Shown here piece by piece: positions 1-16,639 of a stretch of 64,000 nucleotides of DNA (its first letter is position 1; the number at the start of each line of letters is the position of its first letter). The stretch is from NCBI RefSeq assembly GCF_009914755.1, contig NC_060933.1; one strand, written 5' to 3'. Origin of the DNA: the human T2T-CHM13v2.0 reference genome, Homo sapiens. A program made the translations under genes and the position numbers. The notes beneath the pieces are model-generated. The model was not told the origin of the DNA and made no database searches. It saw nothing but the letters and a program-made list of their open reading frames with translations.

Positions 1-670
<670 letters not shown>

Positions 671-1273
671 TTTTTTTGTTTTGTTTTCCAATGCATTATG
701 GCCAATAATCAGGATTTGCGCCAGGAAGGAGAGAATTTACTTGTCTCAGGAGGATTTCTTTGTGAAACACTGTAGCACGTGCTACGTAAATTTCATCTGT
801 CTTCTCTTTGGCAAAAATATAAATTTCTTAAAATAATTTTATCTGAGGGGAATTTTGTTCTTTGGAGGGTTTGAAGAATAGGACCAGGGGACAGCTGACG
901 TAAGGGTTTATGTGAATATCTCTCTACATTTGAGATCAGAGATACCTAAAGAATACAGGCAGTACAATAAAAGATTTGTAAACGTATCAGAACCAGGGAG
1001 GACACGTGTAAAATGGGGAGATTAATATGGGGAGATACATACTGGTACTTTAGGGCAATTTTTATTATTATGAAAAGAGCCACTGACACCAGCTGAAAGA
1101 AAATGTTTCTGCCCAGCAGCTGGCCCCTCAGCCTTGTGCATGGCCCACTCCTCACACCACTGAGCTCTCGCTGGACCTTAACATTTGTGAACATGATATA
1201 ACTGTTTCTCTACAAACAAACAATACCTGGAGAAGTCACGTAGTGTCTGGGTTTTTGTTTTTGTTTTTTTCAG

Positions 1274-1317
1274 GACCGGATTCCATGGCTCTGTAACTTG
1301 CATGACATTTTACTAAG
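1274..1317 (+). CDS. IDNK: IDNK (gluconokinase) penultimate coding exon, 44 nt, DRIPWLCNLHDILL(R)
   Basis: Pyrimidine tract + CAG acceptor ending 1273, GTAAG donor at 1318; translation matches the gluconokinase DRxPWL motif; splices in phase to the next exon (AG|A = Arg). Confidence 0.95.
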
Positions 1318-1489
1318 GTAAGAGACCACCAGGCCTTGGCATAAGCCAAAGCCAGCAGGTAAAGAAAACCCTCAGAAAAGACAGGGAAAAAAAATACACT
1401 CCTGAAATCACAACTGACTGATGGTAAAGGATTCTAGAAACTGGCTGCACTTCTATCAGGTAACCACAATGATTTCAACCAGCCACAGG

Positions 1490-1715
1490 CAGCATGGAGT
1501 TTAGTCGGGCTCTGGAGACAAACCTTCTAGACAGCTCCACACAGTTACTAGCTAGCAGTCTTGATCAGCTACTTGGTTCCCATAAGTCTGTTTCTTCATC
1601 AGTAAAATGGGAATTAATATAGTTCCTACTCACAGATTTTTGTAAGGAATAAGTGAGTTGGTGAGTGGGCAACAGAACAATATCTGATACATAGTAAGTG
1701 CTCAAAAAGTGTCCA
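1490..1715 (+). mobile_element. MIR
   Basis: Core tctgtttcttcatcagtaaaatggg and tail catagtaagtgctcaa. Confidence 0.8.
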
Positions 1716-2899
1716 CTGATGCCACTTCTGTTATTGCCTATCTCAGTCAATTTTTCTTCCCTTTACTTCAAGCTGTGACTACCAGGAAGGCCTGAGGTCA
1801 TTTGTGAGTGAACAGGTAATTAGCCACCAGGATTAGAGTCCACATTGCCCAGCTCTGCAGCATGCCCCTGAGCGAACAGGGTCCCCCCCCAACAGCACCC
1901 ATGACCCCAGTGGAAATCCTGGTCGGGACGTGGAGAAGGATAAGGAAAAGGCAGGGAGTGGGTTACGGATCTTGCTTTCTAAGATGAAGTCATATTTTAT
2001 CCATCTAAAACCATCTAGGCCATACGAAGTTATAATATACTTAAATGAACATAAATTCAGTTTGCTTTTTTCACACCCGTTGACATGGCTGGCAGCCCTG
2101 TCTTTGCATGGGCTGAGTTTTGATTTAGGGGTTTATGGTTCTGGGTTTCAAGGTTTGAAAATTTTTGCCTACCTGGGTTTCTAATATAATATACTCATGA
2201 GAGTCTATTTTTACAGTACTATCATTTCATAGTCATAAAAAGGAGTATGGCTTCATTTTTATATTTGCTAGCCATGTATTGGCTGCAAAAAAAAAAAAAA
2301 AGCAGGGGAGGCCCCTTCCTTCAGAACTTTCATTCTGAAGAGAACTTTATACTGGATCCCCAAGCCAGCCCCAAGCCAGAATTTATGCACCACCTCTTAA
2401 CTCTAGAATCCTGTCCTGACCCCAGGATGACTGCCTCCCACACTCAGCAGCCAAGTGGAAGCTGTGGCTCACTCTCCTGTGTGGTCTCTGGCCGCACTGG
2501 TTTCCCCTTATTGCTGCTGTGTCTGCCTCTGTTTCTGGCTGGAGTTTTTTCCTTAGTGCATCCCTAGGAACCTCTCATATGCTGCTCACCTTGCCCACAG
2601 AGAGGCTGATGCTCCCTTCTCTCCCGCTTTCTCCAGCTCTGCATTGCACCTGGCAACTCCCCCAGACACTGTAGAGTAGGAATGGGGAGAATCCAGTTGT
2701 AGAACGCAGATCCCTGAACATCCTGCAGAGGACCTGAGCTTGGCTGTTTGCATGGCACAGGGGCATGCCGGCAGCCCTGTGTCCACACACTGCGACAGAG
2801 CAACGTCTGACATCCATCAAAGCAGAACTAACACTTACTGAGCATATCTGTGTATCAGAGATCTCAAACAGTGTTTTCCTTTTGACAGATCTATGGGCA

Positions 2900-3030
2900 A
2901 GTACCCTAGGTAGCCCCACTTAACAGATGATGAACTGACGCTCAGAGAGGTAAATGCCTTGGCCCAAGATTGTTCACTTTACTAGCAGAAGATATTTAAC
3001 TCGATGCTAGGACTGCCTGATGCTTAAACA
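2900..3030 (-). mobile_element. MIR fragment
   Basis: acagatgatgaactgacgctcagagaggtaaatgccttggcccaag reverse MIR core. Confidence 0.7.
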
Positions 3031-3122
3031 CCATTTTCTAATGCCTTCCACTGGCAGGAAGTAGGACTAGAGTCCTGCAACTAGAATTGACAGAGGTTAC
3101 TTTAAATGTCCTCCTTCTTTAG

Positions 3123-3506
<384 letters not shown>

Positions 3507-3828
3507 CAATGATTTTGTATCAGTGGTCCAAACAGAACTAAGCATAAATCATTGTGCCATCCCAAACCTCGTTCCAGCCGCCTTGCCCATACTAGATTCT
3601 AAATGTTTCTAAAGGCAAACCCCAATGTGTCAAGACAGACTTGTTTAGGTGTAATTTTAGGAATTATGCTGGTTCATCAGGAAGCAGAGGGGGAGTTTTA
3701 AAAGTCAAGCTTAAATTGAAGTTTAAATTCATCTATAACCAAATCAAATGATCAGAGGAAATTCTGTAATCAATGCTGGAAATCGTTACATTGTTTAGAA
3801 CATTCTTGCTCATGCCTGTATTTGCACA

Positions 3829-3834
3829 AATAAA
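3829..3834 (+). terminator. IDNK: IDNK polyadenylation signal AATAAA (3' UTR ~3507-3855)
   Basis: First AATAAA ~320 nt after the stop, with TGTA upstream and GT-rich sequence downstream. Confidence 0.8.
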
Positions 3835-4188
3835 TGAAACTTCGCTGTCCTTGGCATTCCCTGGAAATTGATGTTGGGAGTATAAACATGTACATAATCT
3901 ACCCACCACCCAGCACACCACACACCTCCTAATCCTCTCTCTGTCCTGGAGCTGTGGTTCAGAATAGTGGCTCTTAAGCTAAGGTCTCAAAAGGTAGTCA
4001 TTGCAGAACAAGCAAACTTTGTTCAGTTCCTTAAATGGCATAATGCAAACATACTTACCAGTAGCAATACCAAGCTTCTTGCCTTTTGCCTAAAATTATG
4101 TCAACTCAAACTGTCTCTGCTGATCACCAGCTCTGTGCTGAGTGGTTGTGTGTTATGTATCTGTGTGTAATTTAAACGTAGAAACTTA

Positions 4189-4512
<324 letters not shown>

Positions 4513-4537
4513 TTAGAGTTTGGTCGACAAAATTTGA

Positions 4538-4838
<301 letters not shown>

Positions 4839-5993
4839 CAACAAAATTTGATACGATAACAAAAAGCATCATTTTGGTGGAATAAAGATTGAAAACAATT
4901 ATTTTAGCGGGAAAAAAAACATTGCTTTTCAAGTAGGGGAGCTGTCCTCATAGATCATTTGAGAAGGCCCTACTCCACCCTGTGAATTTGCAGATATCAG
5001 AACTGGAGACAGATCTCAGCAGTTAGTCCTAAGTGTGTGGCAGCACTGCTGGGAATATACAAGGCATGTGATTTCAGATGTCAGTGATTTCAGGTGTGGC
5101 TTTAAATAATACGACACGTGATCAGAAGGGATCCCCCTTATATTTCTGTCGCTCTGCCTGTCTGTGACATGGGGAGTGTCTGTTTCGTATGAGTATCTTC
5201 ACCCCTTTCCAGCACTTGTCAAGCTTCCTTTTCAACAAAGAGAGCAGCCGCAGGCTCAGACCCCTGGCAGACACACGGTCTCCCCACAATTTAATCACTT
5301 TTATCTGGTTCTTGTTTCTGTTTTTACTTTCCTTCTGTGTAAGGTAAGCATCCATTTTCCATTGAAAGTAGTGACATTACAGTTTTTGAAAGCAGAACAT
5401 TTTTATATAAATTGGGTCATTTCAAGATAAATAAAAAGTACATGATCCATTACAAAATTGCCAAGGTGGAACTCAGGCGAATGAAGTGAGAGACTCGCTG
5501 ACCCAGTATATCCCTCATTCTACAAAGAGGAACCAGAGGTCTCTAAAAGACCTCCGTGAGCCTAAGCTGATGTCCACCTGCTTGCTGTCCTGTGTAAAAG
5601 TCATCAGCAATGGACCCTAGGCAGGTGAAGAAAAAGCACTAGAGCTGCTATGGCCAAGACATGAAATGAAACTTTCCAGTGGGCAGTGATGTGTCACTAG
5701 CACCGCGGCAGCAGCGCTGGGGGATGCAGAGCAGGAGGGGAGAAGTACCAGTGCCCTCCTGGCATGCAGCTTACCTGGGCACCAGCTGTGCAGGCCAAAA
5801 TCTGACCAACATGGGCCAGGTTTGAGCCCTTCCCCGTACTCCAGGAAGATGCTTTATCCTTCTGTCCCAACCAGGGCCACAGGACCTGGCCACCCTGTGG
5901 GCCCACTGGTTAGCTCTGGCCAGAGATTGAGTTTTAGAACCAATTTACCTGTTTCTATTCACCAGCATATGTCATACTTGACTCAAGAACTAC

Positions 5994-6270
5994 AGCCAGG
6001 TGCAGTGGCTTGTGCCTGTAACCCCAGTGACCCTGGAGGCCAAGAGAGAGGATCACTTGAGCCCAGGAGTTTGAGGCCAGGTTGGGCAACATAGCGAGAT
6101 CCCGTCTGTGAAAAAAATAAACTAGCCAGGCATGGTGGAATGCACATGTAGTCCCAGCTACTGAGGGGGCACTGAGGTTGGAGGATTGCTTGAGCCAAGA
6201 AGTTTGCTATGACTGCATCACTGTACTCCTGCGTGGGCAATGGAGAGATCCCATCACGAAAGAAAAGAAA
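5994..6270 (+). mobile_element. AluJ (diverged)
   Basis: Dimer with ttgagcccaggagtttgag motif. Confidence 0.9.
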
Positions 6271-6470
6271 GAAGGGAAGGGAAGGGGGAAGAGGGAAAGG
6301 AAGAGGGGAGGGGAGGAGGGAGGGAAGGGGGAAGAAGGGAAAGAAGAGGGGAGGGGAGAGGGAAGGGGGAAAAGGGAAGGGAAGAGGGAGGGAGGGAGGA
6401 AGGGAGGGAGGGAAGGAAGGAAGGAAGGAAGGAAGGAAGGAAGGAAGGAAGGAAGGAAGGAAGGAAGGAA
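6259..6470 (+). repeat. Polypurine tract ending in (GGAA)n microsatellite
   Basis: ~210 nt of only A/G; ~15 tandem GGAA units at 6411-6470. Confidence 0.95.
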
Positions 6471-7057
6471 ATCACATGCCAGTGGAATAAAAGGGCTGTA
6501 TTGGTGGATGGTCCTTGCCTAAGAAAACGTGGAGCCCTTGATTTTTCTCTTTGCCAAGATATTTGGAGTAGCTTCTGGCTGGCTTTGGTTTACATCAACC
6601 CTCATATTTGGGGGCCAGGCACTTGAAGTTGTCAAATTAACACATCCCAGCTGGGTAAGTCCCCCTGCCGTGTGGAGGGAGAAATCAACCAATCCATTGT
6701 ACTTAGTAGTGAGTCCAGACTGTATGTGACAGGCACCATGGAGGGTTTGAGGCTTGTGACACAAAGCCCTGGCTGTCAGGTGGTTCCAGTTGGGGTGAAA
6801 GATAAGGCATCGCGTATTCTCTGGCACCAGCTAGAGTCCTGGGACAGAAAGGACGCAACAAGGCCCTTGACCATGGGGACTTAGAACTGCTGAGAAGCAT
6901 CCATTCTGGCTGGATCGTGCCCCTGTCCCAGCTCTCTCCCCATAATGAATGCCAAAGCACATTCCTTGACTAAAGACCCCCACAGCTGCTCCACAGCTGG
7001 ACTAGCCTTTGGCCTCCCCTTTGTCATGGTGACAGGAAACAGGAAAAATTGAGGAAG

Positions 7058-7215
7058 GCAGTGATTCTCAACCTCGACTGCTTGTTAAGAGTCACCTGGG
7101 GAACTGAAAAGCACAGACCTGTTCCTGCTTCCTCCAAGCCCACTGAAGCAGTGTCTGTCATGAGGGGCCCTGGTCTCACCTCTGAAAGCTCCACAACTGA
7201 CTCTGGTGAGCAGCC
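7058..7215. mobile_element. MER5-like hAT-Charlie MITE
   Basis: cagtgattctcaacct...gagtcacctggggaact...gactctggtgagcagccagggg. Confidence 0.6.
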
Positions 7216-7559
7216 AGGGGTGGGAGCCTCAGGGTAAGGTCTGACAACCAGGACCCCATTTGGATCCCCTGCTCATGCTGAGCCCACTTAGATGGCAGCA
7301 GCTGGGGGAATCTTGACGAAGGTGAAGTTTAGGACTGGATTAGTTCTCACCAAAGACCCACTGGACAACTCACGAAAGGCCAGGGATGAAGTGCAGTCTC
7401 TAAAGTGGTGCTTTGGGCTGGTGATAGGCTGGGGAGCACCTAACCCCCAAGTGTGTAAAGCGGCTGATTTGGCAGGGATCGCAGGTAGCAGGTAGAAGGG
7501 ACCAAAGAGATGGGTGTGCCTCTCAAGTGTTTCTCTTGGTGTAACAGCAGGGAATAGTC

Positions 7560-7870
7560 AATGAGGCATTCAGACGAAGTGAACACACAGAGAGATAAGG
7601 GAAAAGGTGTCCAGAATAGAAGAATCCACAGAGACAGACGGATGGGTTGCCTGGGATGGGGAAGGCGGGACTTGGGACTGGCTAACAGGTACACAGTTTC
7701 TTTTGCGGGTGATGGACATATTCTGGAGTTACACAATAGTAGTGATGTTTGCATAGCACAGTAAAATACACTAAATCCACTGATGCGCACTTTCAAATGA
7801 ATTTTATGGTGTACAAATTTTTTATCTGCCATTTTTTGATACTGGCAATTTTTTATCTCAATAAAAAAAA
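7560..7870 (+). mobile_element. L1M 3' end
   Basis: aaatccacagagacag...ggttgcctggg...gtttcttttgcgggtgatgga...tatctcaataaaaaaaa. Confidence 0.85.
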
Positions 7871-8009
7871 ATCAATGCAGTGAATGCACCACTGTGAGGA
7901 GGGCCGCAACCCCAGCACAGGCGCCTCCCCACCATCACACTTGGAGAAAGTCTATGAGCTGGAGAGTAGGTCTGCGTCCAGCTCCCATGCACTTGACACC
8001 TAACAATGA

Positions 8010-8474
<465 letters not shown>

Positions 8475-8506
8475 TAGTGTAGTCGTGCTCAAGCAGTACA
8501 CACTGA

Positions 8507-8805
<299 letters not shown>

Positions 8806-10019
8806 CTTATTCGTACTTTCATGTGTCCTTTACATTAGAGCTAAGGCATTATGTTTATTAATTGCTTAGGTACGTTTTGTTAGCAATCTCATTTTGTGAT
8901 AGTAAAGGGGCATTGGAAAATAGTTGTTAAAAAGCAGGTGTTGAAAAGGAGTCTGGTGGGTTGAGAGCACTGTTCTAATCTTCCCAAACATGGTCCCGGG
9001 GAGACCGAGGTGTGGACCGGTACTGCCCTCTGGTGGCCGGGGTGGGAGAGACCCAGCAAGCACAAAGAACCCAGGGAAGAAGGGCCAGATGGTTTGCAGT
9101 GGCTCAAAATGGATGGAGATAAAAGATTCACCTTCTCCTCTGGGAGGATTCTCCACCCGCCCCCACCCCACCCCACCCCCGCCCAAGTCTCCATTCCCAC
9201 CACCAGAAAAATTTCAGATTAAACATTTTTCTCTCCTGTAAAATGAGGGTATCACCTGCCTCGTAAGAATGAAGTCTTTTGGCTCTGATAGCTTAGCTCC
9301 CCACCGAGTCTCTGTCTTTCCACACCCCTTTCCCCAGCCCTTGGGCAGGTTACATCAGGCAGAGCCTAGGATGAGGTCCCTGAAGCATGGGATGACCCAG
9401 CAATCAGCTGAGCAGCCGGCTCTGGAATCAGGACCCAGAAAAACATGGGCTCAAGGCATAGCACTGGCGTAAACTAGCTGGGTGACACAGATAAGGCAGC
9501 CCTAGGGGATGTCACTAGATGCTGCCAAGGTCCAGTGCTCACATCCTGTGCCTCTCTAGAGTCTGCTCTGATAAGCAAACTATTTTTCAGTGGACAGAGT
9601 ACAAGAACCAGGAGGAAACTATAACAAGCTGACTTTAATCAAAGACACCATCCACCAGGGATTTTAATTTTCTGAAACTGTAATATGCAAGTTTATTATC
9701 CCTTCACTGAACAGCACATCTGTTCAGAATATATCTGATCAAAGATATATTCAAGATCAGGGTATTAACTGTATCATGGGCCAGCAATTACCACGGAATT
9801 AGGATCTGATTAGGCATTCAGCCAATAAGCTGTGTTGAGCATCAGTGTGTGGAGTTGTTTCAGCCCAGCTTCACAGAATCTCATGTGTGAAATGTGAGCT
9901 GGTGCTGATTTCCTGATGATCATCATTCCCTCCAGCAGAGTTTCCCCCCAGCAACCTACCCTGGATGCTGTGCAAATTGAAGTCCACTTTGTGGGAGGTT
10001 GAAGTCACTGGTCATCACT

Positions 10020-11065
<1,046 letters not shown>

Positions 11066-11439
11066 ATATCATTGTCACTGTCACTAAGATCTTTTAGGCC
11101 TCAATTTGAAAGTTTGGGACACATTATCTTTAGAATCACCAGGAGTTCAGATGGGAGGATTTAACTTCCCTTCTCAAAAAAATTAGAATTTGGTAGGTTT
11201 CCCACCCAAGGGCCAGGTTGTAGTAGCTGACCTCTACCCCGAGGCCAGATGGTTGAGTGACATGGACTAGTGGACTAATGTCCCAGTACATATACCACTT
11301 CCCCTTCCATCACTTGGCCTCTTGTGGTTAACCTATGTGGAACTGAAGACCTTGAGAAGTTATCCCATCTCACCCAACTCCAGCCAACATATTTGTCCAA
11401 GAAGTACCCAAGGGCCTATGTAAAAATGTCTGTCCCTGC

Positions 11440-12260
11440 TTTAGGGTGTATTAGTACTTCATTCCTTTTTGTTGCTGAATAATATTCCACTGCATGGATA
11501 TACCACATTTTAAGAAATGGATTCACCAGTTCATGGATATTTGGGTTGTTTCCACATTTTTGATATTAAGAATAATGCTGCCATAAACATTCATTCGTGT
11601 ACACGTTTTTTGTGGGGACATATTGTTTTCACTTTTCTTGGGTATATACATACCAGTGAAATTGCTGGGTCAAATGCTAACTATGCAGTTAAATCTTTTG
11701 AGAAACTGCTGAATTGTTTTCCAAGTAGCTGCCCCATTTTACATTCCCACCAGCAATGTAAGAAGCTTCCAATTTCTCCACATTCACCAACACTTGTTAT
11801 TGGTCTGTCTTCATGATTACAGCCATCCCAGTGAGTGTGAAGTGGTATCTTCTTAAGATTTTGATTTGCATTTCCCTAGTGATGAAGAGCATCTTTTCAC
11901 ATGCTTATTGGTGATCTGTTCATCTTCCCTGGAGACATGTCTATTCAAATTCTTTGTATTTTTAAAAGTGTCTCTTCACTGTTGAGTTGTAAAAGTTCTT
12001 TATCAGATATATTACTTGCAAATGTTATCTTACGTTCTGTGAATTGGATTGTCTTTGTACTTTCTTCATCATTTCCTTTGAAGCAAAAAACCCTAAAGTT
12101 TGATGAAGTCCAATTTACCTATTTCTCATTGGTTGGTTGTGCTTTTGGTGTCCTACCTAAAAAACCACTGCCTTACCCAAGGTCACAAAGATTTACACCT
12201 ATGTTTTCTTCTAAGAGTTTTTTGCTTTAACTCATGTCTTGGCTCCATTCTGAGTTACTT
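11440..12260 (-). mobile_element. L1M 3' region
   Basis: ttcattcctttttgttgctgaataatattcc...cattcccaccagcaatgt...gatttgcatttccct. Confidence 0.9.
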
Positions 12261-12269
12261 TTCGAATAA

Positions 12270-12490
12270 GAATATGCATTTTAACAAGGTCCCAGGTGAT
12301 CTGTATGCACAACTGAAGCTGAAAACCACTGCCTAAGTCACACCCTGGCAGCACATTACAATCACTTTAAGAGCTTTTAAAATGTATGCATGAGCCTCAC
12401 CCAGATACAATTCCACTTAGTCTGAGGTGGCCTTATTTTTTAATCATTTTAGCTGATTCTAATGTGAAGCAAGGGTTGAGAATTACCTCT
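12270..12490. mobile_element. MER5-like MITE fragments
   Basis: gcattttaacaaggtcccaggtgat...aaaccactg; gctgattctaatgtgaagcaagggttgagaa. Confidence 0.6.
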
Positions 12491-13150
12491 TTGCTGATTA
12501 ACATTTTTTGTAGCCCTCAACTAATTCTTCAATTTCATGAGGATGTACACAAAGTTATCACTTGCCTCACTGTCTAATCAATATTTTCCATCTTTAACTT
12601 ATTTAACAAATGATGTCTTTAACATCATTTATACATTCTTTCCATATGGATTTCACCCACATGCTTTTATTAGGCTGGTTTGTACCCACTGCTTATATGT
12701 GATACTGAGACTTCTAACAGTGCTACATTAAAATTGGGATCAGCATTCACAGTGCACACGGTACAAGAGTATGAAGGAGGCTTAGTGTCTGCGGATATGA
12801 TACAAATCACACCTTCATTAAGACTAGAGAATGGAAGTCATACTGGGTGATAGTGTATGAGGGTGGAGAAGACATAGAAATGAGAAGAGGAAGTAAAGAA
12901 CTTCAACAATTTCCTGGGAAAACCAAAGATCTCAGTTGGTCAAGAGCATGCTCTACAATCAGCAACATTTTAGTATCTAGTATCATGTTATCTTTAAGCC
13001 ATAATTTGTCCTTGGTCTTTCTAGGTTTTGTTTTTATTATTTTCTTGAAGGAGAAGGGTGGGAATGGGTAAAACATTCTGGTCTTCCTTTTGCAAATCTA
13101 GAACCACAAAACCAATTACAAATTGCGACTCTTGCTATAAACAAAAATAA

Positions 13151-13629
<479 letters not shown>

Positions 13630-13787
13630 TAGCAATGTATTCTTAGCTGCAACACCAAAAGCACAAGCAACAAAAGAAAAATAGAAAAAGACTTCATTTC
13701 TCCAAAGGTATGCAAATGGCCAACAACATATGAAAGATGCTCATCATCATTAAGTCATTATGGGAATGCAAATCAAAACCACAATGA

Positions 13788-14095
<308 letters not shown>

Positions 14096-14332
14096 TCACA
14101 ATGAGATCCCACTTCACACCTACCATGATGGCAGTAATTAAAAAAACAGGGAAGGGAAGTGGAGGAGGAATGAAGTGTTGGCAAGATGTAAACTGGAACC
14201 CAAACAACGCCGGTGGGAATGTAAAATGGTGCAGCCACTATGGAAACCATTCAGTAGTTCCACAAAAAGTTAACAATGGAATTACCATTATGACCCAGCA
14301 ATTCCACTCCTACATATATCCCCAAAGGAAAT

Positions 14333-14781
14333 TGTGAAAGGAAAATAAATCTTACAGCCCCAAAACTACTAAGCTAAAGAGAAAGTCAAGAGGGGAACTG
14401 CTTAGGGCAAACCTGCCTCCCATTCTATTTAAAGTCACCCCTCTGCTCACTGAGATAAATGCATATCTGATTGCCTCCTTTGGAGAGGCTAATCAGAAAC
14501 TCAAAAGAATGTAACCATTTGTCTCTCACCTACCTGTGACCTGGAAGCCCCCTCCCCATTTCAGTTGTCCCACCTTTCTAGACGGAACCAATGTACATCT
14601 TACATATATTGATTGATGTCTCATGTCTCCCTAAAATGTATAAAATGAAGCTATGCCTCAACCACCTTGGGCACATGCTGTCAGGACCTCCTGAGGCTGT
14701 GTCACGGGCGTGCATCCCCAACCTTGGCAGAATAAACTTTCTAAATGAACTGAGATCTGTCTTAGATTTTTCAGGTGCACA
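14333..14781 (+). mobile_element. MER4A-like ERV1 solo LTR
   Basis: TGTGAAAGGAAAATAAATC start, CA end, internal TATAAAA and AATAAA; splits the L1. Confidence 0.85.
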
Positions 14782-15499
14782 AACTGAAAACGGAAACTCA
14801 AACTTGTAGGCCAATATTCATTGCAACATTGTTCACAATAGGAAAATGGTGAAAAGGGTCCATCAACAGATGAATGAATAAAATGTGGCATAAATATACA
14901 GTGGAACATTATTCAGCCATAAAAAGGAATGAGATTACACAGTACAAAATGGATGGACCTTGAAAACATAAGTCAAAGAAGCCAGACACAAAAGGCCACA
15001 TATTAAATGATTCCAGTTATATAAAATGTCCAGAATAGGTAAATCCAGAGAGACAGAAAACAGACTTTGCAGTTGCCAGGGGTTGGGTGAGGAGGGAATA
15101 GGGATTGAATGCTTACTGGCTACAAGGTTTCCTTTTGGGGTGATAAGAAAGTTCTGAAGGATGGTGATGTAGTTATACAACATTATGAATATACTTAATG
15201 GCACTGAATTGTACCCTTTAAAATGGTTACAATGGTAAATTTTATGATATGTATACTTTACCACAGTTAAAAATTAAAAAAAAAAAAAACCTGTAGGGGT
15301 CAAGCCTATCTCCCTAACCTTGTGGCAGGAAGTAGACTAGCATGCATGCTTCCCTTTGGACAGTTTCCCAAACGGGTTCATAGTTATGCTTAGTTCCTTC
15401 TACACTATTCAACAAGCAGCCATGTCACTACTTCCCTTAGAAAGGGAGGAACAGTGGAGAAGAAATGTGTACCCCTCCAACATTTTCCTCCTTCTGGGA

Positions 15500-15988
15500 T
15501 TGCAGTGTGTGATAAAGATGCTCACAAATTATTTGACATCCTTCCCAACAAGCAGTGGGGTCTTCAAACCCTCCTCTTAAATTTGGGGAAGCTAAGACTG
15601 CTTGGACAATAGAATACTGGAGATATGACACTGGGCCAGTTAGGAGCCCAGAACTTAAAAAAAAACAGCACTTTTCATTTTTCTTAAAATACTTATTTTT
15701 GAAACCCACCAGTCACGTTGTAAGGAAGCACAGTAGCCCTATTGGAAGGTCCATGTGGAAAGGAACTGAGACCCTGAGTGCACTCCCAGATAAAAGCAGG
15801 CACTAATTTAACATCCATGTGCATAATAAGCCCTCTTGAAAGTAAATTCTCCAGACTCAGTCAAGTTGGTCCAACTGTATTCACCAAGCCCTGCCAAAAT
15901 TGGTCACTCATGAACAAAATGAATGATTTTGTTCTAAGCCACCAAGCTGTGGTGTAGTTTTGTTATAAAGCATTAGATAACCACAACA
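15500..15988 (+). mobile_element. MLT1-type MaLR LTR
   Basis: ttttgttctaagccaccaagctgtggtgtagttttgttataaagcattagataaccacaaca 3' end. Confidence 0.75.
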
Positions 15989-16639
15989 CAGTGGAAATTC
16001 CCTCCCCGCTCTGTAAAATATAAGGAATTGAAAATGTGTCTGAAATACCTTTTTAAAAAAATCTGGCTTGAATACCCAAGTGTCTAGTATATATCCCATT
16101 AAAGAATTAGGCTCCCACACTCAGCTTTGGTCTTTGAGGGAAACTAATGAGAGCTCCTATATGTGTCTAGCCTTGTCTAAGCATAAAGTGGTAAGCAAGA
16201 CAGCTGACTGGAAGTCAGAAATACTCATGTTATCAGGCACAGGCTGGAATTACAAACTGAGGGTGTGCTTCACCACTGTCCGAGCTTAGAGGAAATCTCA
16301 ATTTTGTTCAATGAGATCTTACCCAAGCAAAAAAGCTGGGAGGGGTGCTTTTCCTATACTTCAGAAAGGGCTGACCATGAAGTGTAGTTCAGATGGGCTG
16401 GGCAGGTGCCACTTCTACTGGCAAGAAAAGGCAGACCCAGCTGAGGCAAATGATGGCTGGAAAGACAAAGAAACCCTCTCTCTCACATCTCAGCCCATGT
16501 AACAAAGGTGCCGATTTTATTTTTTAAAACCTCTTCCGGGAATCAAAAGCTGGCAGTAACTCGTTTCTCTCTGTACATTTCTCTCTTTTGGTAGAAAACA
16601 ATTACCTGGGCAAGTCCCCTCCCCCATGCCCCACACACT

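Noticed and set aside
6178-6626. Overlapping ORFs rich in E/G/R/K
   Set aside because: Translation of the GGAA/polypurine repeat, which lacks stops by composition.
9727-9752. Perfect 10-bp hairpin GAATATATCT-gatcaa-AGATATATTC
   Set aside because: Short and AT-rich; too small for a pre-miRNA and plausible by chance.
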